Shown one piece after another: positions 19,038 through 27,595 of a stretch of DNA of 64,000 nucleotides. The translations under genes and the position numbers were made by a program. Origin of the DNA: Sphingomonadaceae bacterium. Its GTDB lineage: Bacteria > Pseudomonadota > Alphaproteobacteria > Sphingomonadales > Sphingomonadaceae. The stretch is taken from NCBI GenBank assembly GCA_041396905.1, contig JAWKXQ010000009.1, forward strand, positions 26,223 through 90,222, given 5' to 3'. Every line of letters starts with the position of its first letter. The first letter of the stretch is position 1. The notes beneath the pieces were generated by a model that was not told where the DNA came from, did not search any database, and worked only from the letters and a program-made list of their open reading frames with translations.

Positions 19038-19793
19038 CTATCCTCCCTTGATCAGGTCGAGGAAGAGAGGGCGCTCACCGCCCCCATCGACATTAAGCCA
19101 AGCGCCCGAGACATATTCGGACGCGTCAGAAGCAAGATATAGCACCGCCCGCGCGACATCTTCGCCCCGCGCCATGCGGCCCAGCGGCAGCGATGCGGCT
19201 ACCCGCGCCTGCGCCTCGGCATCGCCATAGGTCGCATCGGTGTTTTCGGTTTCTGCCAGCCCGACAATGATTCCGTTCACCCGGATATTGTCGGGCCCCC
19301 ATTCCTGCGCCAGGCTCTTGGTTAAGCTCAGCAGGGCGGCCTTGGCCGCGCCATAAATGGCAGTGCCGGGGGAAGGGCGAATGCCCGAAACGCTGGCGAT
19401 ATTGATAATAGACCCGCTGCCGGAATCTTTCAGCTGGGTGTGCGCTGCGCGGGAGAGGAAATAAGGACCGAGGAAATTCAGCTTCGCAATGGCTTCCGCA
19501 AAGCGCGGACTGGCGGTGGCGGCATCGCTGGCGGGGGATCCCCCGGCATTGTTGACCACAATGTCCAGGCGCCCGTGTTGCTGTGCGACCTTTTCTACCA
19601 GAGCATCCACCGCATCGGGATCGCGCACATCCAGCGCGGCGAAGCTGACACCATCGGGCAGCGATTCGGGTTCTGATCGCGCACAGGCAATAACGCGGCA
19701 GCCTTGCTCCGCCAGTGCGGCAGAAATCGCACGACCCAACCCCCGGGTTCCCCCGGTGACAATGGCGACCTTGCCTTCCAGCCCGAAATTCAC
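19038..19793 (-). CDS. SDR-family oxidoreductase
   Basis: 251 aa with a GTG start after GGGGAGAGAG. KVAIVTGGTRGLGRAI, NNAGG, YGAAKAA. Confidence 0.85.
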   Translation of the reverse strand: MNFGLEGKVAIVTGGTRGLGRAISAALAEQGCRVIACARSEPESLPDGVSFAALDVRDPDAVDALVEKVAQQHGRLDIVVNNAGGSPASDAATASPRFAEAIAKLNFLGPYFLSRAAHTQLKDSGSGSIINIASVSGIRPSPGTAIYGAAKAALLSLTKSLAQEWGPDNIRVNGIIVGLAETENTDATYGDAEAQARVAASLPLGRMARGEDVARAVLYLASDASEYVSGAWLNVDGGGERPLFLDLIKGG

Positions 19794-19884
19794 TTCTCTC
19801 TCCCCAGCCTGCTGCAGTGAATCAGTCGATCACTATGCTTGAAAAACCACATATCCAAAAGCAAATCGCTTTTCAATTGACGAT

Positions 19885-19916
19885 TTGCGTAGATTATGGC
19901 AACCATTTTTACGAAT
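19885..19916. promoter_or_regulatory. Operator-like site TTGCGTAG-N16-TTACGAAT (13/16 to consensus) in the divergent SDR/hsaA promoter region
   Basis: Read directly. Same 16-nt spacer length as the perfect sites. Overlaps a second inverted repeat, GCAAATCG-N12-CGATTTGC (19861-19888). Confidence 0.45.
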
Positions 19917-19964
19917 TTAGATGGAATCGACACTCGGTCGGTCCACAAGGGAGAAGGCAGGGCA

Positions 19965-21179
19965 ATGGCTACCGTGGTTTCCATGCAGCAACAGGCTGGC
20001 GAAATTCCGACCCGTGACGAACTGGTTTCGCGGGCGCAGGCAATGATACCGACATTGAAGGCGCGGGCAAAGCAATGCACCGCAGCGCGCAATGTGCCGG
20101 CGGAAACGATCGCCGAGATGAAGGCGGCGGGTTTCTTCCGTATCCTCCAGCCCAAGCGCTATGGCGGTTACGAGATGAACCCCAATGTGTTCTTCGACGT
20201 GCAGAAACTGCTCGCTGAAGGCTGCATGTCCACGGGCTGGATGTATGGTGTGCTGGGGTGCCACCCCTATGAACTGGCGCTGTTTGACGACAAGGCACAG
20301 GCCGAGGTCTGGGGCGATAATAATGACATGCTCGTCTCCTCCACCTATCAGCCGGTCGGCAAGGTAGAGCCGGCCGAGGGCGGGTTCTATTTGTCGGGTC
20401 ATTGGGGCTTCTCCACTGGCTCGGTCCATTGCGGCTGGGTGCTGCTGGGCGCGCTGGTGCCGCCGGCAGAAGAGGGCGGCGCGCCCGATATGCGCACTTT
20501 CCTGCTCCCGCGCTCAGATTACGAGATTCTGGAGGATGAATGGCATGTCTTTGGCCTGCAGGGCACGGGCAGCCACGGGATCAAGGTGGATCGCGTCTTT
20601 GTTCCGGATTATCGCACGCACCGCGCGGTGGAAGGGTTCCTGTGCCAGAATCCTGGGCAGGAACTGAATGACGGCCCGCTGTACTCGCTGCCTTGGGCGC
20701 AGGTCTTTGTCCGTTCCGTCTCTACAGCTTGTTTCGGCGGGCTGCGCGCGGCGACCAATGCCGCGATGAACATTATGGAATCGCGCATTTCCACCAATAC
20801 GGGCAAGGCGTCCAAGGCCGATCCGATGCTGCATGCCGCGATTGCCAGGTCCATTGCCCAGCAGCAGGAAATGGAAGCGACGCTGCGCAGCACGTTTGAC
20901 GATTTGATGGCGATTGCCGAAGCGGGCGAGCCGATCCCGATGGATAAGCGCGCTCTCTATGCCTATAACAGCTCCACCGTGGCGCGCCGTTGTGCCGAAC
21001 TGGCCGATGGCATGATGCAATTGCTCGGTGGCCGGGCGATCTACACCAGTAGCGAGATTATTCAGCCCTGGCTCGATCTGCATGCGGCCCGCGCCCATGT
21101 CGCCAATGATCCGAGCAACCGCACTTTTGACGTGATCGGAACCCGGCTGGGCCAGGAACCGACCTTCACTTTCCTCTGA
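19965..21179 (+). CDS. hsaA: Flavin-dependent monooxygenase, oxygenase component (HsaA/TesA2-like 3-HSA hydroxylase; ACAD fold)
   Basis: Collinear with the remembered M. tuberculosis HsaA (GFFRILQPKRYGGYE, STGWMYGVLGCHPYELALFDDKAQAEVWG, FLLPRSDYEI, GLQGTGS). ATG at 19965 follows GGGAGAAGG. The alternative ATG at 19896 lies inside the operator-like site. Confidence 0.8.
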   Translation: MATVVSMQQQAGEIPTRDELVSRAQAMIPTLKARAKQCTAARNVPAETIAEMKAAGFFRILQPKRYGGYEMNPNVFFDVQKLLAEGCMSTGWMYGVLGCHPYELALFDDKAQAEVWGDNNDMLVSSTYQPVGKVEPAEGGFYLSGHWGFSTGSVHCGWVLLGALVPPAEEGGAPDMRTFLLPRSDYEILEDEWHVFGLQGTGSHGIKVDRVFVPDYRTHRAVEGFLCQNPGQELNDGPLYSLPWAQVFVRSVSTACFGGLRAATNAAMNIMESRISTNTGKASKADPMLHAAIARSIAQQQEMEATLRSTFDDLMAIAEAGEPIPMDKRALYAYNSSTVARRCAELADGMMQLLGGRAIYTSSEIIQPWLDLHAARAHVANDPSNRTFDVIGTRLGQEPTFTFL

Positions 21180-21190
21180 TTGGGGCTGAC

Positions 21191-22015
21191 ATGGCAGAGC
21201 TTGCACGCACGACCTATCGGGTTGAGGGCGGTTACGACATCCATCTGGCGGAAACGGGCAGCGGCGATGCTGTGGTATTCCTGCATGGCAGTGGACCGGG
21301 CGCATCGGGGGCGAGCAATTTTCGCCAGAACATCGATGCCTTTGTCGCCGCTGGTTATCGCGTCATCCTGCCTGACCTGATCGGTTATGGTGCGTCGTCG
21401 AAGCCGGAAGGGATCGACTACACGCTCGATCTGTTCACGCACACCGTGCGCGATGCCTTGCGCCAGCACGGGGTGGAGCGGGCGCATCTGGTCGGCAATT
21501 CGCTGGGCGGAGCCATCGCTATCCAGATGGCGTTGGAAGAGCCAGACTTCGTGCAGTCGATGGTGCTGATGGCTCCGGGAGCCGTGGCGGAACAGGCCAG
21601 CTACTTCACCATGCCGGGCATCGCCAAGATGAAGAGCGATTTCGGATCGCCCGATTTCTCGCTGGATCAGCAACGCGGGCTGGTTACCAATCTGCTCCAT
21701 CCTGACTGGGCGGACCGCATTCCCGAAAAGCTGGTGGCCGAACGCTATGAAGTGGCGCGCACGCAGCCCAAGGATGTGCTGGCACGGATGAAGACGCCCA
21801 ATCTTGGCCTGCGCTTGCATGAACTGACCGGACCGATTTTCGTGATGTGGGGGCTGAATGACGAATTCTGCCCGGAAAGCCATTCGCGGCTGTTTCTGGA
21901 TGCCTGCCCCAATGTGCGCTGCGTGATCTTTGCCCGCACCGGCCATTGGGTGCAGGTGGAACGCGCTGAAGAATTCAACCGCTACGCAACAGAGTTCCTG
22001 CATGAGCAAGGCTGA
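21191..22015 (+). CDS. hsaD: Meta-cleavage product hydrolase (alpha/beta hydrolase; HsaD/TesD/BphD-like)
   Basis: 274 aa. VVFLHGSGPGASG and the GNSLGG nucleophile elbow. Gene order hsaA-hsaD-hsaE-hsaG-hsaF. Confidence 0.8.
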   Translation: MAELARTTYRVEGGYDIHLAETGSGDAVVFLHGSGPGASGASNFRQNIDAFVAAGYRVILPDLIGYGASSKPEGIDYTLDLFTHTVRDALRQHGVERAHLVGNSLGGAIAIQMALEEPDFVQSMVLMAPGAVAEQASYFTMPGIAKMKSDFGSPDFSLDQQRGLVTNLLHPDWADRIPEKLVAERYEVARTQPKDVLARMKTPNLGLRLHELTGPIFVMWGLNDEFCPESHSRLFLDACPNVRCVIFARTGHWVQVERAEEFNRYATEFLHEQG

Positions 22016-22778
22016 GACATATGGCGCGGCGCTGTATGACGCGCTGCGGCAGCGTGAAGTGATCGCGCCGCTGGTGGAGCAGGACAGCGCTCTGACCATC
22101 GATGATGCCTATGCCATCAGTCTGGATTTCCTCGTCCGCCGTCAGCAGGATGGTGAGCGTGTGGTGGGCAAAAAGATCGGTGTCACCAGTAAGGCTGTGC
22201 AGGACATGCTGGGCGTGCATCAGCCCGATTTCGGTTTTCTGACCGACTGGATGCACGTTCATGGCGATATTGATGTGGATGCGATGGGGCTGATCGCCCC
22301 GCGCGCTGAGGCGGAGATTGCCTTCATCCTGAAAGACAGCCTTAACGGCCCCGGCATCACGCCGCAGGATGTGATCGCTGCGACAGAAAGCATCGCCCCC
22401 TGTTTCGAGATCGTGGACAGCCGCATCCGGGACTGGAACATCTCCATTGTCGATACAGTGGCGGATAATGCGAGTTGCGGTGTCTTTTTGCTGGGTGAGG
22501 CACGCGCTGATCCGCGCGCGCATGATTTGCCTGGTCTGCATGTCACTGTGACCAAGAACGGCGCGCCCCTGTCCGAAGGCTATGGCCATGCGGTGCAGGG
22601 TGATCCGGCCATGGCCGTGGCCTGGCTGGCCAATACGCTGGGCGCCTATGGCGTAACGCTGGATGCGGGCGACATCATCCTGTCCGGCTCCATCGTCCCG
22701 CTGGAACCGGCGGCGAAGGGTGACCGGTTTGAAATGACGCTGCACGGGATCGGCAGCTGCACCGCCAATTTTGTTTGA
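22002..22778 (+). CDS. hsaE: 2-oxopent-4-enoate/2-hydroxyhexadienoate hydratase (HsaE/TesE/BphH-like)
   Basis: Start trimmed to [15 protein letters not shown] (overlaps the hsaD end by 14 nt). [17 protein letters not shown] and GDIILSGS are typical of this hydratase/decarboxylase family. Confidence 0.85.
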   Translation: MSKAETYGAALYDALRQREVIAPLVEQDSALTIDDAYAISLDFLVRRQQDGERVVGKKIGVTSKAVQDMLGVHQPDFGFLTDWMHVHGDIDVDAMGLIAPRAEAEIAFILKDSLNGPGITPQDVIAATESIAPCFEIVDSRIRDWNISIVDTVADNASCGVFLLGEARADPRAHDLPGLHVTVTKNGAPLSEGYGHAVQGDPAMAVAWLANTLGAYGVTLDAGDIILSGSIVPLEPAAKGDRFEMTLHGIGSCTANFV

Positions 22779-22788
22779 AAGGAAGACC

Positions 22789-23715
22789 ATGTCAAAAGTG
22801 AAGGCTGCCATCATCGGCTCGGGCAATATCGGTACCGATCTGATGATGAAGATGATCAAATATCCGCAGAATATGGAACTAGCGGCGGTGGTCGGCATTG
22901 ATCCGGCCAGTGAAGGGCTGGCCATGGCGCGCGAACATGGCATCGCCACCACCCATGAGGGGATCGAAGGGCTGAAGCAGCTGCCTTGCTACAAGGATAT
23001 CGGCATCGCCTTTGATGCAACCAGTGCCTATGCGCACGAACTGCATGACGAAGCCCTGCGGGCTGACGGCATTCGCGTGGTCGATCTGACGCCAGCCGCG
23101 ATTGGGCCCTTTACAGTGCCGCCTGTCAATATGGAGGCCCATCTCGACGCGCCCAATGTCAATATGGTCACATGCGGCGGGCAGGCCACGATCCCGATGG
23201 TTGCGGCGGTCAGCCAGGTGGCGAAAGTGCATTATGCGGAAATCGTCGCTTCGGTATCTTCGCGCTCGGCCGGGCCGGGCACACGCGCCAATATTGATGA
23301 ATTCACCCGCACCACCGCCCGCGCCATCGAAGCAGTAGGTGGCGCGACGCGGGGCAAGGCGATCATCGTCCTCAACCCAGCTGAGCCGCCGATGATCATG
23401 CGCGATACTGTGTTCACTCTTTCCGAAGGGGCAGATGAAGATGCCATCCGCGCTTCTGTGGAGGCGATGGTGGCCAGGGTGCAGGCCTATGTCCCCGGCT
23501 ACCGGCTGAAGCAGCAGGTCCAGTTTGAACGCTTTGGCGATAACAACCCGCTGAAAATTCCGGGCCAAGGCGAATTTACCGGGATCAAGACCATGATCCT
23601 GCTCGAAGTAGAGGGGGCAGGGGACTATCTGCCCAGCTATTCCGGCAATCTCGACATCATGACCGCTGCGGCCAAGGCCACTGGCGAACTGATCGCGGAA
23701 AGGATTGCGGCATGA
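22789..23715 (+). CDS. hsaG: Acetaldehyde/propanal dehydrogenase (acylating) (HsaG/TesF/BphJ-like)
   Basis: Start [19 protein letters not shown] after [20 protein letters not shown] contains the active-site Cys. Confidence 0.9.
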   Translation: MSKVKAAIIGSGNIGTDLMMKMIKYPQNMELAAVVGIDPASEGLAMAREHGIATTHEGIEGLKQLPCYKDIGIAFDATSAYAHELHDEALRADGIRVVDLTPAAIGPFTVPPVNMEAHLDAPNVNMVTCGGQATIPMVAAVSQVAKVHYAEIVASVSSRSAGPGTRANIDEFTRTTARAIEAVGGATRGKAIIVLNPAEPPMIMRDTVFTLSEGADEDAIRASVEAMVARVQAYVPGYRLKQQVQFERFGDNNPLKIPGQGEFTGIKTMILLEVEGAGDYLPSYSGNLDIMTAAAKATGELIAERIAA

Positions 23716-24749
23716 GCACCTTCAACGTCGAAGCGGGCGACAAGCTCTATATTCAGGACGTGACCCTGCGTGACGGGATGCATGCCATTCGTCACATGTA
23801 TGGCATCGACCACGTGCGCGATATTGCCGCTGCACTGGATCGGGCCGGGGTGGACGCCATCGAGGTTGCCCATGGCGATGGCCTGTCAGGCATGAGCTTC
23901 AACTATGGCTTTGGCGCGCATACCGATTGGGAATGGCTGGAGGCGGTGGCCGATGTGCTGACCAAGACCGTCCTGACCACGCTGATCCTGCCCGGTGTCG
24001 GTACAGTGGAGGAACTGCGCCGCGCCTATGACATAGGCGTGCGCTCCGTGCGTGTGGCGACCCATTGCACAGAAGCTGACGTCAGCAAGCAGCATATCGG
24101 CATTGCCCGCGATCTGGGGATGGATGTCTCCGGCTTTCTGATGATGAGCCACATGATCGACGCAGAGGCTCTGGCGCAGCAGGCGTTGCTGATGGAAAGC
24201 TATGGCGCGCAATGCGTCTATGTCACTGACAGTGGTGGCGCGCTCGATATGGATGGGGTGCAGGCGCGGCTGCGCGCCTATGACAAGGTGCTGAAGCCGG
24301 AAACACAGCGCGGCATTCACGCGCATCACAATCTATCGCTGGGGGTGGCCAATTCGATTGTGGCGGCGCAGGAAGGCGCGGTGCGGATTGACGCATCACT
24401 GGCTGGCATGGGCGCCGGGGCAGGCAATGCACCGCTGGAAGTGTTCATCGCTGCGGCAGACCGCAAGGGTTGGAACCATGGCTGCGATGTGATGGCGCTG
24501 ATGGATGCGGCAGAGGACCTTGTCCGTCCGCTGCAGGATCGCCCGGTGCGGGTGGACCGTGAAACGCTCAGCCTGGGTTATGCCGGGGTCTATTCCAGCT
24601 TCCTGCGCCATGCGGAAAAGGCAGCGGAGGATTATGGCCTCGATACACGCGCCATTCTGGTCGAGCTGGGCCGTCGCAAGATGGTGGGCGGGCAGGAAGA
24701 CATGATTGTCGATGTCGCGCTCGATATGCTGAAAGCACAGGAAGGCTGA
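23712..24749 (+). CDS. hsaF: 4-hydroxy-2-oxovalerate/hexanoate aldolase (HsaF/TesG/BphI-like)
   Basis: ATGA overlap with hsa[18 protein letters not shown] and [13 protein letters not shown] motifs. Confidence 0.9.
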   Translation: MSTFNVEAGDKLYIQDVTLRDGMHAIRHMYGIDHVRDIAAALDRAGVDAIEVAHGDGLSGMSFNYGFGAHTDWEWLEAVADVLTKTVLTTLILPGVGTVEELRRAYDIGVRSVRVATHCTEADVSKQHIGIARDLGMDVSGFLMMSHMIDAEALAQQALLMESYGAQCVYVTDSGGALDMDGVQARLRAYDKVLKPETQRGIHAHHNLSLGVANSIVAAQEGAVRIDASLAGMGAGAGNAPLEVFIAAADRKGWNHGCDVMALMDAAEDLVRPLQDRPVRVDRETLSLGYAGVYSSFLRHAEKAAEDYGLDTRAILVELGRRKMVGGQEDMIVDVALDMLKAQEG

Positions 24750-24753
24750 GGCC

Positions 24754-26214
24754 ATGGCCGAAATCTCGCTGCATCGCCCCTATCCGGCCAGCGAGGTTGC
24801 CAGCTGGGATTTTGAAACCGATGTGGCGGTCATCGGCTTTGGCGCGGCCGGGGCCAGCGCTGCCATAGAAGCGGCCAGTGCAGGCGCGCAGGTGATGCTG
24901 TTTGAACGCAATTCGGGCAGCGGTGGGGCATCGGGCCTATCGGGCGGGGAAATCTACCTTGGCGGCAATGGCGGTACGGATGCCCAGCGCGCTGCTGGCT
25001 TTGAAGACAGCACAGAGGATTTTGAAGCCTATCTCAAGGCTGCCGGTGGCCCCTGCGCCAATGATACGAAATGTGCGCTTTATGCACGTGAAGCGCTGAA
25101 CCATTATGCATGGCTGAAAGCGCAGGGCGTGCCCTATCGCGGCAATTATCTGCCCGGCAAGCTGATCGAGCCGACGGACGATTCCACGCTGATCTGGTCT
25201 GGCAGCGAGGCGGCTGCGCCCTTCTGCAATATCGCCAGACCGGCCCCGCGCGGCCATGTGATTCAGCATATGGGCTGGGGCGGGGGCAGGCCGCTGGTCG
25301 ATATTCTGGAAGCAAGAGCGCGCGAACTGGGCGTGGAGGTCGTGGTCGATGCTCGCGCGCTGGCGCTGGTCAGCGATGGCGAGCGGATTGTCGGCGCGGT
25401 GATGCGGATTGATAACCAGCCGCGCTTTGTCTGCGCGCACAAGGGTGTGGTGCTGGCAACCGGCGGCTTCGTGATGAACGAGGAAATGCGCCGCAAACAT
25501 TGCCCGCAAACCTTCCGCATCAATGATCCGATTGGTGATCAGGATGATGGCAGCGGTATTCTGATGGGTGTCGGCGCGGGCGGCGAAGCGGTGCATATGG
25601 ACCAGTTCTTCACGACCTGTCCATGGACTATGCCGGCTGAGCAGGCGCATGGCGTGTTTGTGAATGTGCAGGGCCAGCGCTTCATCAACGAGGATTGCTA
25701 TCACGGGCGGGTCAGCCGCTGTGCGGTCGATCAGCCGGGAGGCAAGGTCTATCTGCTGCTCGACAGTGCGCATTTCAGTCAGCCTGCCGATTTCGCGCGC
25801 ACGCCGATTGTGGCGACGGGCGAGAGCTGGGAAGAGGTGGAAGGCGAGCTGGAAATGCAAGCTGGTACGCTGGCGGCGATGATGGAATTCTACAACCGCC
25901 ATGCGCGCGAAGGGCGGGATCCGCTGTTTGACAAGCGCGAGCCGATCCTCGTGCCACTGGATCAGGGGCCATTCGTCGCGCTGGAGCTCAATTTCGAGAC
26001 CAGCTATTTCAGCTTCTTCACTCTGGGCGGATTGCACACATCAACCGATGGCGAAGTGCTGAACCCCGCAGGCGCGCCGGTCCCGGGCCTGTTCGCAGCC
26101 GGTCGCTGTACCCACGGCCTGCCCGCATGGGGGCATGGCTACAGCTCCGGACTCAGCCTTGCGGACTGTACATTTTTCGGGCGGCAGGCGGGGCGGGCGG
26201 CTGCCCATGGCTGA
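24754..26214 (+). CDS. FAD-dependent 3-ketosteroid dehydrogenase family protein (TesI-like 3-oxo-5alpha-steroid delta4-dehydrogenase candidate)
   Basis: 486 aa. VAVIGFGAAGASAAIEAASAGAQVMLFERNSGSGGASGLSGG dinucleotide-binding motif of the KstD/fumarate-reductase flavoprotein family. The size and the position after tesG-type genes suggest TesI-like. Confidence 0.6.
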   Translation: MAEISLHRPYPASEVASWDFETDVAVIGFGAAGASAAIEAASAGAQVMLFERNSGSGGASGLSGGEIYLGGNGGTDAQRAAGFEDSTEDFEAYLKAAGGPCANDTKCALYAREALNHYAWLKAQGVPYRGNYLPGKLIEPTDDSTLIWSGSEAAAPFCNIARPAPRGHVIQHMGWGGGRPLVDILEARARELGVEVVVDARALALVSDGERIVGAVMRIDNQPRFVCAHKGVVLATGGFVMNEEMRRKHCPQTFRINDPIGDQDDGSGILMGVGAGGEAVHMDQFFTTCPWTMPAEQAHGVFVNVQGQRFINEDCYHGRVSRCAVDQPGGKVYLLLDSAHFSQPADFARTPIVATGESWEEVEGELEMQAGTLAAMMEFYNRHAREGRDPLFDKREPILVPLDQGPFVALELNFETSYFSFFTLGGLHTSTDGEVLNPAGAPVPGLFAAGRCTHGLPAWGHGYSSGLSLADCTFFGRQAGRAAAHG

Positions 26215-26237
26215 TGCATGGGCGGGTGTGCGTGAAT

Positions 26238-27074
26238 TCAGCAGAGTCCGCAAAAGCGGCGGGTCGCTTCCATCGCGCGCCCGGCGCGCAGCTGCTTTGC
26301 GAGACCATCCTTGCAGGCCTGATCATCGGGCACTTCCACGCTTACCCGGCATGGTTGGGGCAGGGCATCGAGAAAGCCAGCCAGATCAAATGCGCCGTCA
26401 CCGGGCAATTGCCGCGCGCTGCCTGCTTCAACGGCCCATTCGCTGCGTTCGCGCTGCAGCGGCCCGTCACAGATTTGCGCATAGGCGAGCATCTCCTGAG
26501 GCAAGGCGCGCACTTGCTCCGACGTGCCGCCTGAGCGGTAGAGATGCAGCAGGTCCACATTCAGCGCGGCCAGTCCCGGCTCCGGCAGGTTTTCCAGCAG
26601 CGCCACGGCATCTGTCAGCGATGCGACCGCCGATTGCGGATAGAATTCGATGAGCGGGGTCAGCCCAAAGCCAGCAGCCAAAGTGGCAAATTGCGCCAGC
26701 CTGTCTGCACGTCTGGCTTCATCGCGGTCGAATATCAGCAGGTTCAGGAAAGCCGCACCCAGTTCTGCCGCGCATTCCATGGCCGGTTCGAAATCGCGCA
26801 GATCGCCAGAGCCGCCAAGCGAGAAGGGGTAGGCAATGTCGATCCCCACGCCCAATTGCTCCGCCCGTTCCCGCACCGTGCCGCGCATCTGGCGGTCTGC
26901 GACGAGATCAAATGGCGGCATTAGCGGCAGTTCCTTCATCGCATGGAGGAACAGGCCAATCGCCCGGAAACCCGCACCATGTGCCAGCTCGATCAGATCA
27001 ACCGGAGCCGCATCGACGACGGTCAGATGGTCAAGCGCAAGGTCGGCAGGCTGCAATTGCATGATGGTTCCCAT
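26238..27074 (-). CDS. Xylose-isomerase-like TIM-barrel protein (sugar phosphate isomerase/epimerase family)
   Basis: Family-level resemblance only. The start is uncertain (ATG at 27074 or 27062). The annotated ORF start at 27131 would overlap the divergent gene. Confidence 0.55.
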   Translation of the reverse strand: MGTIMQLQPADLALDHLTVVDAAPVDLIELAHGAGFRAIGLFLHAMKELPLMPPFDLVADRQMRGTVRERAEQLGVGIDIAYPFSLGGSGDLRDFEPAMECAAELGAAFLNLLIFDRDEARRADRLAQFATLAAGFGLTPLIEFYPQSAVASLTDAVALLENLPEPGLAALNVDLLHLYRSGGTSEQVRALPQEMLAYAQICDGPLQRERSEWAVEAGSARQLPGDGAFDLAGFLDALPQPCRVSVEVPDDQACKDGLAKQLRAGRAMEATRRFCGLC

Positions 27075-27095
27075 AGCATCTGAGGAAGGTCGGGA

Positions 27096-27566
27096 ATGAC
27101 GAAAAGCGATGACCTTACAAGCCGCCTGCAACGTCTGGAAGACCTTGAAGCGATCCGCAATCTGATCGCGTCATATGGCCCACTGGCCGATAGCGGCGAT
27201 GCACAGGGGCTGGCGCGTTTGTGGGCAGAGGATGGCGAATATGCGGTCGGCGGCTTTGGTACGGCGCGGGGCCATGCGGAGATTGCGGCATTGATCGAAG
27301 GTGAGGTGCACCAGCAACTGATGGCGGGTGGCTGTGCCCATGTCCTCTCGCCGCATCGGGTTATGCTGGATGGCGTTAGGGCGGAGGCGACCGGTTATAG
27401 CGTGGTCTTTCGCAAGGCTGGCGACAGCCATGAGGCGTGGCGCGTCTCTGCCAATCGCTGGCTGCTGGAGCGCACGGGAGCTGGCTGGTGGGTAAAGCGG
27501 CGGGAAAATGCACCGCTGGATGGTACCGAAGGGGCGCGCTCCTTGCTGGTTTCGGGCAGCGATTGA
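27096..27566 (+). CDS. NTF2-superfamily SnoaL_4-like protein (BaiE-like dehydratase candidate)
   Basis: 156 aa with GAGGAAGG SD. N-terminal helix LQRLEDLEAIRNLIASYGPLAD with Tyr27-x4-Asp32 and His82. Confidence 0.6.
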   Translation: MTKSDDLTSRLQRLEDLEAIRNLIASYGPLADSGDAQGLARLWAEDGEYAVGGFGTARGHAEIAALIEGEVHQQLMAGGCAHVLSPHRVMLDGVRAEATGYSVVFRKAGDSHEAWRVSANRWLLERTGAGWWVKRRENAPLDGTEGARSLLVSGSD

Positions 27567-27595
27567 GACCAGCCGCCGCCCGGCCATTACTGCAC

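Noticed and set aside
19896-19964. Alternative upstream start (ATG at 19896) for the hsaA-like gene
   Set aside because: It has no SD and lies inside the operator-like site 19885-19916. The ATG at 19965 follows GGGAGAAGG, and homology to HsaA begins after it. This is not excluded, only less likely.
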